Virus record (IMG/VR): IMGVR_UViG_3300045973_000675
Location: 15,145 to 79,144 of that record
Source: a virus
DNA length: 64,000 bases
Reading direction: 5' to 3' (one strand)
In this document: positions 55,221 through 64,000 of the stretch, piece by piece
Position numbering within the stretch: position 1 is the stretch's first letter
Layout of the letters: each line of letters opens with the position of its first letter
Program-made: the position numbers and the translations under genes
The notes under the pieces: model-generated
The model's database searches: none
The model's input: only the letters and a program-made list of their open reading frames with translations
What the model was told of the DNA's origin: nothing

Positions 55221-55640
55221 CTAGCCCGTGGGATCGACGGGTGGCTTGATGGTAGGAACAAGGCGCGGCCTAGCCACTCCGGTGATGTCCTCCGTGTGGT
55301 CGACTCCAGTCGGGACGGTGCCCGATGGCGTGGTGACGGTCGTGGTCTTCGTCTCCATTGCCGTCTCAGTCTGCGTGATCGTGGATCCGTCGGGGATTGC
55401 GAGCCCGTCAATAACCTTGTCTAGCTTGGGCCGCATGGCGTTCCAGCTCGCGGCGTAGGTGGTGAGCATACCGAGCGTGGCGCCGATCTTCCCGCCCGTC
55501 GACAGCCCCAGCGTCGCGTACCACAGCTCGAAGATGCTGAAGGCCGCGAACGCGGTGCCGACGATGGACACGAGCCCATGCAGCTTGGCCTTGGTCGGGG
55601 GATAGACGATGCGCCACAGTTTCAACAGCAGTGCTTTCAT
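55221..55640 (-). CDS. Membrane protein, holin candidate
   Basis: Two hydrophobic segments; TTGAGG-N16-CATGAT-N7-ATG supports the second Met as start. Confidence 0.55.
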   Translation of the reverse strand: MKALLLKLWRIVYPPTKAKLHGLVSIVGTAFAAFSIFELWYATLGLSTGGKIGATLGMLTTYAASWNAMRPKLDKVIDGLAIPDGSTITQTETAMETKTTTVTTPSGTVPTGVDHTEDITGVARPRLVPTIKPPVDPTG

Positions 55641-55687
55641 GGAGTCGATCATGCTCCCGCCTAGGCATGCCTCAACTTGCGGACGAC

Positions 55688-55933
55688 TTACACGTTGGTG
55701 ATGACCGGGAGATCCGATCCTGTCTTACGCAAAGCCTTCGTCATCTCGGCCACGAGCTGCTCTGGGTTAGCAACCACGCAGTGGCTCTTGCACTTCTCGA
55801 AGATCTCAGGAATGGCGGCGACTCGCCTTTCCAGCGCCTCCATTCTCTCGGCCATTTCCAGCCTGTCTTGCTGGTGACTCCGCCTCATTTCTTCGAGGCG
55901 ATTTAGGATCTGCAGTACGCCGTTCTCGCTCAT
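55688..55933 (-). CDS. Coiled-coil hypothetical protein
   Basis: ATGA-coupled. Confidence 0.55.
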   Translation of the reverse strand: MSENGVLQILNRLEEMRRSHQQDRLEMAERMEALERRVAAIPEIFEKCKSHCVVANPEQLVAEMTKALRKTGSDLPVITNV

Positions 55934-56439
55934 CCGCGCGCCGGCCTGGGAGTAGCGCCCGCAACGACGTGTGGACGGCTTAGTTCCTCGTTCTCGCGCC
56001 GCAATCGTTGGGTTTCCACATCCTGCGCCATCCGCTCGTTGCTAGCTCGGATCGACTGAGCCGCGTTGGTCAATGCGGACTCAAAGCGCGTACCAAGCGC
56101 CGTAAATTCTCTGTCGATTTCCGCAAAGGTCTTATCGTGCGCCTGCCACGTCACCTCAACAAATTTCTGGGAGATTCTCTCCTCGGCGTCTCGTAGTACC
56201 GAGACCGAATCAACCCGGCATGCGAGGCAGTTCTCGCGAATTCCGGAGAAGGCCCGCGCCAATTCCTTCATGGCGGCAGTGCCTTCCTTCTGCTGTTCCA
56301 GAACGCCACGGAAGAAATCGTCGATATTCTTGAGCAGACTCTTGACGATGCTTCGCCCAGCCCAGATCAGAAACCACACCAGCGGAAACAATATCGCAAC
56401 GGCCACTCCGTAATTCAGTAATTCTTTTGATGGGAACAT
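55930..56439 (-). CDS. Membrane protein, holin/spanin candidate
   Basis: N-terminal TM segment (YGVAVAILFPLVWFLIW) then coiled coil; AAGGAG RBS. Confidence 0.6.
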   Translation of the reverse strand: MFPSKELLNYGVAVAILFPLVWFLIWAGRSIVKSLLKNIDDFFRGVLEQQKEGTAAMKELARAFSGIRENCLACRVDSVSVLRDAEERISQKFVEVTWQAHDKTFAEIDREFTALGTRFESALTNAAQSIRASNERMAQDVETQRLRRENEELSRPHVVAGATPRPARG

Positions 56440-56459
56440 TGCCGCTCCTTGCTTCCGTC

Positions 56460-57413
56460 CTATAGCGAGAACCCGTTTGAGATTACGGTCCACTGAGCTG
56501 TGGTCCAATATGAAACATTGGTTCCGGCCGTCTTGACCACGGCCTTCACGATTCCAGAGTAGGCATTACCCTGCGTGCCGAATCCTAACCCGCCAAGAGA
56601 GAATCCGAGCGAGTCTTGTTGATTGGTGTCAGCCCTCCACAGGATGCCACTCGCGCCCGTTCCGGGTACCATCTCCGCATTGATCGTGAAGAACAAACCT
56701 CCACTCGCGAGCGACACGTATGTGCGGGTAGTGTATGCGCCGCGGGACAAGGTAGAAACGAGCGAGAACCCCTCTGCACCATTCGCTGGAGCGAGGCCAG
56801 GGTTGGGCGGCTCGACCCGCTGGAACATTTCTCGCCGCTGATAGTCGATCGCGCCAAGAGCGGAAAAATCGGTTTGTCCATACACGACATGCAGGTCGCA
56901 CAGCAGAACGGCAGTGGAGTCTAGGCTGGGACGTGGAGCTGCGCCGGGAACCGCTGCGGCACCAATCACTAGGAACAGCTTGGGCGTTCCCGCAATGACG
57001 TCTCCATTGGGATTCAGTATGACTGGTTGCTGAGTGTAGTTGGTGTTGTCCTGGACGCCACCGCTCGAATTGGTCGCGTGCCCCTGCAAGGATCGTCCGA
57101 TCTTGGCAAACACCGCGACCCATCGCTCCTGTCCAACTCCAACCGCAACTGGGTTGCTGTAGAAGTCGGTGACGCAGGACTGGGCGGTAATCTGCGCGGA
57201 CGAACACGCTAGGCCGGCCTTGTCGATCGCGACTCCAGGCGACATAGTGATCTGCATCTGTCCAGCCACGGGCGTAATCAGTAGCCCGCGGGTGACGCCG
57301 AAGCCGATGCCTTCCTTGGCGGTGAGTTTTTCGCCCGCTTCGGCGTTGCTGAGCGCCGTATTAAGGTCTGCGTTCGTCACCAACTGGTTATCGTAGAAAC
57401 TTTGCTTGTCCAT
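56460..57413 (-). CDS. Baseplate / tail-fibre protein
   Basis: FYDNQLVTNADLN...GVTRGL...SPGVAIDKAG N-terminal domain; follows the gpI-like gene. Confidence 0.7.
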   Translation of the reverse strand: MDKQSFYDNQLVTNADLNTALSNAEAGEKLTAKEGIGFGVTRGLLITPVAGQMQITMSPGVAIDKAGLACSSAQITAQSCVTDFYSNPVAVGVGQERWVAVFAKIGRSLQGHATNSSGGVQDNTNYTQQPVILNPNGDVIAGTPKLFLVIGAAAVPGAAPRPSLDSTAVLLCDLHVVYGQTDFSALGAIDYQRREMFQRVEPPNPGLAPANGAEGFSLVSTLSRGAYTTRTYVSLASGGLFFTINAEMVPGTGASGILWRADTNQQDSLGFSLGGLGFGTQGNAYSGIVKAVVKTAGTNVSYWTTAQWTVISNGFSL

Positions 57414-57420
57414 GGTTCTC

Positions 57421-58671
57421 CTAGATCGCCACCGTGGTGCTGGCCTCGCCACTCATCACGCCATCGTCGGGCGCGCTCGATTCGTCCGCTGCAGATCCGT
57501 TGTCCATCGCCGTCACCACGCAGTAGATCTTCTTTCCTCCGGTGGCGGCGATGTTGGGAGCGGTCGTTCCAGACGCCGCGACTTGGGTTCCGTTTCGATA
57601 GGTAACACCTTGCTGGTATGACCAGTAGACGTGATACGAGACGGATCCCGCGACCGCGGACCACGCGACCGAGAAGTGACCTGACGTGGTCGTGACCGTG
57701 ACGTTCTTCGGAGCCGGCAACCGCGGGCACCGCACGGTTTGCAAGATCATGTTGGCCGGCTTCATGTACTGGGCCACGGTCATGACCCGCAGCAACTGCT
57801 CGGGAGTTGCCGCCCAGCCGCTCGACGCGAAGGGGATACCGATCTTCAGACTGAGCTGGCAGCTAGATCCATCGCTGCCGATGATCCACGTGGTGCCAGT
57901 TGGTCCAAGCGCAGAGATCGGCTGAGTGCCTTCGGGCGGAGGCGTAGTCCCCTTGAATGGGCCCAAGTGCATGTTTTGAGTGCCACCAAAGGCGATGATG
58001 TCGACATCTAGCCCGGTGAAAAAATTGATGGCCGACCGAATCCCGACGGTTGTACCCTTGAGCTGGTATATCGTGATCAAGGACAGCAGCAAGCGGCGCT
58101 TGTCCACCAGCGATAGGTCAGCGAAGCGAAACGGGTTCCCCATATCGACCAGCATCAGGTCGACGAAGCGCTCGAACGCGCGCTCGGGATCAATGATGTC
58201 GGTCCAGCGGTCGACCGTGGCCAGCAGAATGGTCAGCATGTCCTGAAGGCACCCGACGAAGCGGGCCAAGTCACCCGAGTCGTCCTCGGCCCAGTTCTTC
58301 CGCGGTAGCATTTTGGCCACCTCGAAGGCGCGCCCGGCCGGGGCCGCTGGTACGAAGGCCGAGAAATTGGCGAACACGGGAGCCACAAGTCCCGTGATGT
58401 TCGCAGCTGTCACGCGGTAGGGCCGCCCGGGCGACATGTCCGTATCGGTCGTGAGGTCGACCGTGGTTGTGGAAACGGTCGCCACGCTGACCACGGTAAC
58501 CGCTGCGGTTGGGATAAGTCCGCCAGGCGCTGCCGTGGCCGCGATCGTCCAATTCGCCGGGTTCAGGGCGTCGCCAGCGGCCGTCGCATCCGACTGCGTG
58601 ACCGCCCCGCTGAATACCACGCGGACGAGCCGAAGCTCGCGGGCCTGCGCGGACGTGACCGATACCGACAT
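57421..58671 (-). CDS. Phage tail protein I-like baseplate protein with Ig and FN3-like domains
   Basis: DLARFV, IDPERA, IYQLKGTTVGI, YMKPA; C-terminal WSAVAGSVSYHVYW. Confidence 0.8.
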   Translation of the reverse strand: MSVSVTSAQARELRLVRVVFSGAVTQSDATAAGDALNPANWTIAATAAPGGLIPTAAVTVVSVATVSTTTVDLTTDTDMSPGRPYRVTAANITGLVAPVFANFSAFVPAAPAGRAFEVAKMLPRKNWAEDDSGDLARFVGCLQDMLTILLATVDRWTDIIDPERAFERFVDLMLVDMGNPFRFADLSLVDKRRLLLSLITIYQLKGTTVGIRSAINFFTGLDVDIIAFGGTQNMHLGPFKGTTPPPEGTQPISALGPTGTTWIIGSDGSSCQLSLKIGIPFASSGWAATPEQLLRVMTVAQYMKPANMILQTVRCPRLPAPKNVTVTTTSGHFSVAWSAVAGSVSYHVYWSYQQGVTYRNGTQVAASGTTAPNIAATGGKKIYCVVTAMDNGSAADESSAPDDGVMSGEASTTVAI

Positions 58672-58679
58672 CTCCAGTC

Positions 58680-58714
58680 AGTGTCACGTGCGCGCGACCT
58701 CGCCCCAATTTCGG
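58680..58714 (-). promoter_or_regulatory. Recurrent promoter re-starting tail transcription after the morons
   Basis: CCGAAA-TTGGGG-N17-GACACT-N8-ATG. Confidence 0.6.
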
Positions 58715-58752
58715 GCTTGTCCTACCATCGTGCCGGTGAAAGGATGCCGCCA

Positions 58753-58980
58753 GTGGAGCGTCCTAAGTTGGTCCGCATGGCTGAGATCACCCCAGAGGGT
58801 CCGGGTATCGTGATCGAAGTGGACGGCAAGGAAGCGTTCATCCTGGCCGACACGGCCGGGGAGTGGCTGGCCGAGCTCGGCTACCACGTGTTCACGCCGA
58901 TCCGGTTTCGCGTGGGGGTGGAGAGCACCGCCTCGCCGGCGCCGTCGGAGTTCGAGAATGACGACGGGGACGCGGGCTAG
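58753..58980 (+). CDS. Small hypothetical protein (moron)
   Basis: TTGTCC-N17-AAGGAT-N7-GTG; acidic tail. Confidence 0.5.
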   Translation: MERPKLVRMAEITPEGPGIVIEVDGKEAFILADTAGEWLAELGYHVFTPIRFRVGVESTASPAPSEFENDDGDAG

Positions 58981-59363
58981 CCGCTCGACGACGATGCGGC
59001 CACGAGGTTTTCCCATGTCTCGGCCACCCTCGTTTTGGCTTCGATGAGTAGCTGTTCGGCCTCGTCGAAATCGGCCTTGGCTTTGAGGTACACCGACTCG
59101 GCTGCGGCGGCCTTCAAGACCTGCTCATGGCCGAGCTTCGCGAGATTGGGAACACCTGGATCCCCGGTGTACCCCAGCGACTTGACGGCCGAGGATGCCC
59201 GGCTGGATGCAGCCGCAAGTTTCGACTTTTCCAGCGCGGCATTCTCGTATGCCTCGGCGTATTTCGTCCTTGCCTGCATGTAGACGTCGGCCAGCGCCTG
59301 CATCTCTTCCTTGCTCATGAAGATGAGGGTATCACGGCGCGAAGCATTGGGCGGAGATGCCAT
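58977..59363 (-). CDS. Helical hypothetical protein (moron)
   Basis: 128 aa, preceded by a repeat-borne promoter. Confidence 0.6.
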   Translation of the reverse strand: MASPPNASRRDTLIFMSKEEMQALADVYMQARTKYAEAYENAALEKSKLAAASSRASSAVKSLGYTGDPGVPNLAKLGHEQVLKAAAAESVYLKAKADFDEAEQLLIEAKTRVAETWENLVAASSSSG

Positions 59364-59369
59364 GCGCTC

Positions 59370-59421
59370 ATGGTGCCCCCGGTCCGCGTGACCACAAGTT
59401 CGGCGCCTAGGTGGGCGTGGC
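59370..59421 (-). repeat. Cassette repeat copy 1 (stop + promoter)
   Basis: GCCACGCCCACCTAGGCGCCGAACTTGTGGTCACGCGGACCGGGGGCACCAT. Confidence 0.9.
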
Positions 59422-59427
59422 TTGTCG

Positions 59428-59841
59428 CTACCCCTTTCGGGCCTGTTCCCTCAAGAACTTTACCAGCAAGTCGTAGCGCTCCCGCGCCTTGGCCAGGCAT
59501 TCGTCGAAGCGCCCTTGTGCCCCCGCGTGCGCGTCAGCAATCTCCTGATACTCGGCGTCCTTCTGGGCTAGATCGCGAATCCTACTGATAGCCTGATTCG
59601 TTCCAGAAATACGCAGCAACTCCGACATCCTGGCCTCCTCAGGCATCGGCTTATGGCCGTAGACGTCGAGAGCGTCCCTGGTCATCACCACGGCATCCCT
59701 GGCCTGCTTCAGGCTTCGGTACGCTTCGTCGCACGAGGATATCTTGGCAGAAAGAATGCTCTCATCCATGAGTCTGGCCACCCACGCTGGAGACTCTGGC
59801 ATCTTGGAAGAGGTGTCAACCTGGCAAGCGGTGCACGTCAT
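59428..59841 (-). CDS. Helical hypothetical protein (moron)
   Basis: 137 aa, flanked by the two repeats. Confidence 0.6.
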   Translation of the reverse strand: MTCTACQVDTSSKMPESPAWVARLMDESILSAKISSCDEAYRSLKQARDAVVMTRDALDVYGHKPMPEEARMSELLRISGTNQAISRIRDLAQKDAEYQEIADAHAGAQGRFDECLAKARERYDLLVKFLREQARKG

Positions 59842-59847
59842 GTGCCT

Positions 59848-59905
59848 ATGCTGCCCCTGGTCCGCGTGGCCACAAGTTCGGCGCCTAGGTGGGCGTGGCC
59901 GAGCA
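59848..59905 (-). repeat. Cassette repeat copy 2
   Basis: 52 bp with 3 differences from copy 1; 59885-59905 also matches 60345-60365 at 20/21. Confidence 0.9.
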
Positions 59906-59916
59906 GGCTCGCCCGC

Positions 59917-60327
59917 CTAGGCTCTGCTCGACGCGAGTAGCATCTTCTTCTCGCGCTCGAACTCTTCTTCCGAAAGCGCTCCCGTTGCCCTGAGATTTTG
60001 CAGGGCCTGTAACGTCTCTATTCGGCTCATGGTCGGCTTGGCGTGGAGTTGGGAAAGGCTGGCGACGGACTGAGACATCGAAGTCGCCTGCGCTATGGCC
60101 AACTGCCGAAATTCGCCAACCGAAAGAGGGTTGTAGTCCAAGTCGAAGTCCTTCTTGCTCATCAGGAGAAGAAGGATCCCTTCGATGAATCCGACCAACG
60201 CCGGGATAAGGGTCCAGCAGAACAGCAGGTAGAGCAATCCGAGCGCCCCTTTGCCCAGGTAGAACTTGTGGATCCCGATGCCACCGAGAAGCAAGGCGAG
60301 AATCGCGGCCGTGGTCTTGTCCTTCAT
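59917..60327 (-). CDS. TM2-domain + SHOCT membrane protein
   Basis: KDKTTAAILALLLGGIGIHKFYLG...LYLLFCWT; GALSEEEFEREKKMLL. Confidence 0.9.
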   Translation of the reverse strand: MKDKTTAAILALLLGGIGIHKFYLGKGALGLLYLLFCWTLIPALVGFIEGILLLLMSKKDFDLDYNPLSVGEFRQLAIAQATSMSQSVASLSQLHAKPTMSRIETLQALQNLRATGALSEEEFEREKKMLLASSRA

Positions 60328-60344
60328 GGGTCGTCTCCTTTAGG

Positions 60345-61073
60345 CTAGATGGGCGTGGCCGAGCACGCGCCGGTCGTGGCGTTGCAGTAGGGGGCGAGAT
60401 CGGGGCAGCGTAGGTTCTTGGCACAGTTCGGATCGCCGTCGCAGATGAACTGCGATCCCTGATTGCACCCCATGCAGATCTGAGCAGATCCTGCAGGTGG
60501 GCAGACTGTGCCCCATGAGACGAACATCGGCTGCCCCTTGCAGTCGACCGGAACTCCACCGAAACACTGCACGGCAATTGGGCGTATCGGATTCGTACAG
60601 CTTGTGCAGAACCACGCCGGATCTGCGCATCCCGAGCACGGTGGTGGCAGATCCGTCCCTGCGTCCCGCGAAACTACATCCGGTCCGCGATCGGGCGCCA
60701 CATCGGGTGGCGATAGGACCTCGGCTGGCGAATCCACCCTGACGTCGGGCTGCGAGTCCGGCTGCGCGTCGGGAATCGATCGCAGGTCGGGCTGTCCCGG
60801 CGCCTCCGGGCCCACCTCGGGGAGGGCGGGCGCCAGATCGGGCGCGGGCGTCGTGGCATCCTGGCGTCCAGCCTCCGGTGCGTCGGGCGGTTGCACCGTC
60901 GTCGCATCGCCAGCCGCGTCCGGTGGCCCGGCGGTGACCTGCAGGTCCGTTTCCTGGGCATCCAAGGCCACCACGCCGTCACCGCTGGCGTCTGGCATGT
61001 CGAGGTAGGTCTGGTGAGGGGCGAAGCCGCAGCCCGCGGCGAGGAGCACCCCAATGACAGCCAAGGCACGCAT
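60345..61073 (-). CDS. Myxobacterial-type lipoprotein (Pro/Asp linker, Cys-rich end)
   Basis: LLAAGC lipobox, PDA/PDL repeats, Cys-rich C-terminus. Confidence 0.75.
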   Translation of the reverse strand: MRALAVIGVLLAAGCGFAPHQTYLDMPDASGDGVVALDAQETDLQVTAGPPDAAGDATTVQPPDAPEAGRQDATTPAPDLAPALPEVGPEAPGQPDLRSIPDAQPDSQPDVRVDSPAEVLSPPDVAPDRGPDVVSRDAGTDLPPPCSGCADPAWFCTSCTNPIRPIAVQCFGGVPVDCKGQPMFVSWGTVCPPAGSAQICMGCNQGSQFICDGDPNCAKNLRCPDLAPYCNATTGACSATPI

Positions 61074-61891
61074 CAAAACGACCCTTCCGCCGAGATGCCC
61101 GCGAGACCTGGCCCCACCGACGGGCGCGCGGTCCACCCGTACCAACTGCACACGGCCCCGGCCGCGAGCGCGGCGGCCCCTACGCTGTAGAAGACCCACT
61201 GCATGTCCTGCGCGTTCTGGCCGTCCGCAACGTCGGCGGCCGTGTGGTTCCGGTTGTTGCTCACCATGTCCGAGTAGTGGCGCGCGCGCGCGTAGAAGTA
61301 GATGGCAGTCCCGATGGAGGTGAGGCCGATAGCACCCGCGATGATGCCAGCGGTACGAAGCTGCCCGCCCTGACCATCGGTCGCGGGGCGTGCCGTCAGG
61401 TCGACTTTTCGGCGAGCTAACGGCCTTGGCCTTGCGGCCTGGATGGGAGTTGCAACCGGGGAGACGGCCGGCGCCGAATCGTCAAATGGATCCGCCCACG
61501 ACGGCGTCGGCGCTGCGACTTGCCCGACCTCGATGTCTTCACGGAAAACCGCATCGTTCTGCGTGCGACGCAGGATTGCCTCGACCTGGGTCCGGCTTGG
61601 ATCGTCCGGCGCCGCGTGGTCGAGGAACCCGCGATAGGACGCGATGGCCTCATCGATGCGCCCCACCTTGCGGTGGCACTGCCCGATGTTGAACAGGAAC
61701 GCGGGATCGTCCTTGGCCACGTAGGCAGCCTTGAACTCCGCGAGGGCGCGCTCGTACTCCCCGACCGCATAGAGGCGCGTCGCCGCCTCGTAGTGGGCGC
61801 GCGCGGTGGCCTTGCCTTCGGCTTCGCCGGCCAGCACTGGGCGCGGGGAGAGCGCAATCAGGACCAAGAATGCAGGAAGGAAGCTGCGCAT
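61073..61891 (-). CDS. Myxobacterial-type secreted TPR protein
   Basis: ARAHYEAATRLY..GEYERALAEFKAAY...FLFNIGQCHR; C-terminal ISAEGSF; AGGAG RBS. Confidence 0.85.
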   Translation of the reverse strand: MRSFLPAFLVLIALSPRPVLAGEAEGKATARAHYEAATRLYAVGEYERALAEFKAAYVAKDDPAFLFNIGQCHRKVGRIDEAIASYRGFLDHAAPDDPSRTQVEAILRRTQNDAVFREDIEVGQVAAPTPSWADPFDDSAPAVSPVATPIQAARPRPLARRKVDLTARPATDGQGGQLRTAGIIAGAIGLTSIGTAIYFYARARHYSDMVSNNRNHTAADVADGQNAQDMQWVFYSVGAAALAAGAVCSWYGWTARPSVGPGLAGISAEGSF

Positions 61892-61975
61892 CGGGGAACT
61901 CCTAGGCTTTGTTGTAAACAACAATCCTGCGCCCTAACCCAGCGCCGCGCAACTGGACGCGCGTTCAGTGCTGCG

Positions 61976-62341
61976 TTACTTGGCGGAGGAGGCGACGATC
62001 AGCTCCTCAAGTGCGCGATCGGCTGCGTTGGTGAGACTGTCGACTTCGGCGGTAGCGGTTTCGAGATCTACCGCTGCCGCCCGGGCGGCGCCAATCGTCC
62101 GAGCCAAGGATCCGGCAGCCTCTTCTGCTGCCCCTCTTTTCGCGTCTCCGGCCTTGCCCTCGCCAAAATTTGCCAGCGACGCGGTCAGGCTGTCTAGGGT
62201 CGCGGATAGGCGCCGAACCTCAGCGTCCATACGCTCCGCAGTGGCCCTGGTCACGGCTTGCTTTTCGGTGGCCTTGCATAGGTCAATTCGCGCCTGGACC
62301 AGCGCCTTGCTGAGAATCGAATGGTCACCGCTTGACGTCAT
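61976..62341 (-). CDS. Coiled-coil hypothetical protein (moron)
   Basis: TTGACT-N17-GAGAGT-N6-ATG sets the start. Confidence 0.55.
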   Translation of the reverse strand: MTSSGDHSILSKALVQARIDLCKATEKQAVTRATAERMDAEVRRLSATLDSLTASLANFGEGKAGDAKRGAAEEAAGSLARTIGAARAAAVDLETATAEVDSLTNAADRALEELIVASSAK

Positions 62342-62427
62342 GGCGCGACTCTCGCCGCTTGGCGCCCGCCAGTCAAGGCAGTGGAAAGTGCTCAAGTCGA
62401 AGGGATTGAAGTCCTTCACCGCGTTTC

Positions 62428-63999
62428 TCACGGGTATAGTTGCGCGTCGGCGTCGTCACCATCGACCAGCGTAATATCGGGTATCCAGGGAGCGGCCCCC
62501 CATGTGCGCGCCTTCAGCCGCGGGAAGTCCGTCGATTGCAGCGGGACGTCGTGGTGTTGAAGCGACTGCACCAGTGTGGCGGGGGTTGTGCCCGAGGTGT
62601 ATCCGTCGGTGGTCCCGAGTACTCGATAGGCGACGAGCTTGAAGTCGTCGTCGGCATCGCCGATCTCGCGCACGCCGGCCGCAGAGTCGATTATCGACGT
62701 GAGCTTCGACATCGCCACCTCGGCCGTGCCGGAAGCGGAGTCCTGCGCCAGGTTGATGCCGAAGTCCACGCGATCGTTCTTCGTGCCATCGCGATTCACA
62801 AGGGCGAAGTAGGCCTTCAGTTCGGCGACGATGCTCGCCGCGATGGCCCGCTTCTTGGCCGGCGTGGGAGCCGCGCTCTTGTTGAGATAGAGGCGAGAGA
62901 AGATCCCAACGTCGACGTAGATACCCGTGAGGATCGTCACTGCATAGCCGACAATGCCAGGCTTGGCGTGCGGGTATTGGGAGCTAGGCTTCTGGGAGAT
63001 GTTCGCCTTCACGTCGTCGGCCTGGCCCGGACTGATTCGTCCGCCCTGGAGGTTCCCGCCCATCGGCACGCAGTACAGCTCGGCCGTATTGGCCTTGAGG
63101 GCCAGATTCTCCGACTGGGTCAGCATGAGCGCCCTCATCATCCCGGAGAGGATCGCTTGGTTTTCATAGTCGTCTTTGGTGACGGTGCGGCTGAGGGTCT
63201 GGATAGACAGCGGCGCGTTCTCGCGCACGGACTCGATCGATTCAGCGTCGAGACCTCCGGCCGGCTGCTGGTGGGTGACATTGTCGGTATCGATCTGCAC
63301 CGAGTCGCCGTGACTGTCGACGAACTGGCCGTCGAATTTCTTCAGGCTGTCCTGGACCACGTTGTTTCCGGCCTCGCCGCCCCCCACCTCATACGCAATC
63401 CGCACCGTCCCTGATGGCACGGCCCCCGTGATGCCGTCGCCGAACACCAGCGTGGCCAGGCCGTTCTCGTCAATCTCGATTCGGTACACCCGATCGCCGG
63501 GTTCTGCCGTCACGAGGCTGTTGCTGTCGGCCAGGGACCACCCCCCCACGTCGTCCGAGATAACGGACGAGCCATCTAGATATGGCCCCTGGGGGAGCTG
63601 GTAGGTTTGGTTCGGCAGTCCGGTCGAGATGAAGGCCTCGCCAGGATCGCCCGCTAGGTCGTCGGGGTTCCCGATGCGGCGCGAGTTCTTCACGCTGCCG
63701 ATGCCGCTGGAGGCTGGGCCCGTGATGACGATGGGCGCCTGTAGCTCGAACGCCACCGGATTCGCGGTGTCGTCGGTCGAGACCGTCACGGGATTCGCCA
63801 GGCCCTGCCAGGGCGGGGTGAAGGTCACGGTTCGCCCAGCCGCAACCGGCGCCGAAAGGACAATGGTCACGTCCGTCTGGGCGGCCCGCGGGCTGCGGGG
63901 CTGGTAGCCCATGAGCTTCACCAGCGCGATCATGTTCCGCATCTGGGTCGCGGTCGTGATGCGGGATTCGGCCGCCTGATTGTCCTGGTAGAAGCCCAG
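62428..63999 (-). CDS. Baseplate J/wedge-like protein (5' end outside the window)
   Basis: FYQDNQAAE..TA...LMGY, STGLPNQ, FGDGITGAVP, GGGEAGN, GGLDAES, RTVTKDDY. Confidence 0.9.
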   Translation of the reverse strand: MGFYQDNQAAESRITTATQMRNMIALVKLMGYQPRSPRAAQTDVTIVLSAPVAAGRTVTFTPPWQGLANPVTVSTDDTANPVAFELQAPIVITGPASSGIGSVKNSRRIGNPDDLAGDPGEAFISTGLPNQTYQLPQGPYLDGSSVISDDVGGWSLADSNSLVTAEPGDRVYRIEIDENGLATLVFGDGITGAVPSGTVRIAYEVGGGEAGNNVVQDSLKKFDGQFVDSHGDSVQIDTDNVTHQQPAGGLDAESIESVRENAPLSIQTLSRTVTKDDYENQAILSGMMRALMLTQSENLALKANTAELYCVPMGGNLQGGRISPGQADDVKANISQKPSSQYPHAKPGIVGYAVTILTGIYVDVGIFSRLYLNKSAAPTPAKKRAIAASIVAELKAYFALVNRDGTKNDRVDFGINLAQDSASGTAEVAMSKLTSIIDSAAGVREIGDADDDFKLVAYRVLGTTDGYTSGTTPATLVQSLQHHDVPLQSTDFPRLKARTWGAAPWIPDITLVDGDDADAQLYP

Positions 64000-64000
64000 C

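Noticed and set aside
59370-60365. CRISPR array or integron attC sites
   Set aside because: Only two full copies and one partial, separated by whole genes; no cas genes; no attC-like inverted structure
1-64000. Prophage boundary or host chromosomal DNA
   Set aside because: Phage genes run to both edges and flank attP; host-like genes are embedded morons

Overview
The whole window is part of a GC-rich temperate tailed phage, nearly all on the - strand. Baseplate J/I-like genes point to a contractile tail. The host is most likely a myxobacterium (Myxococcota). This is inferred from an SspB homologue, two Cys-rich sigma-region-4 proteins and a TPR + lipoprotein pair that resemble myxobacterial proteins. 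In transcription order (right to left): baseplate genes interrupted by a moron cluster (57.4-64 kb); a lysis and accessory block (49.5-56.4 kb); control and early genes with recombination, replication and DNA-modification functions (16.5-49.5 kb); terminase; an appendage/fibre block; portal, head morphogenesis, protease, scaffolds and major capsid (0-15.6 kb). The early region contains an atypical tyrosine recombinase next to an attP core matching the 3' half of tRNA-Arg(ACG), so this is the unintegrated form. The most notable observations: (1) a 69-nt element that looks like the tRNA-like domain of tmRNA with no mRNA part, in a phage that also encodes SspB; (2) a recurring promoter class (CCGAwwTTG..N16-18..(G/C/A)AnnnT), mostly driving leaderless genes, plus two sigma-4-only paralogues that could read it; (3) an antisense LAGLIDADG gene that replaced its host gene's 3' end and stranded the original; (4) an endolysin paralogue that has lost the catalytic Glu; (5) repeat-delimited moron cassettes; (6) two scaffolds sharing a C-terminal motif around an apparently split prohead protease. 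All calls are by-eye motif recognition; no searches were run.
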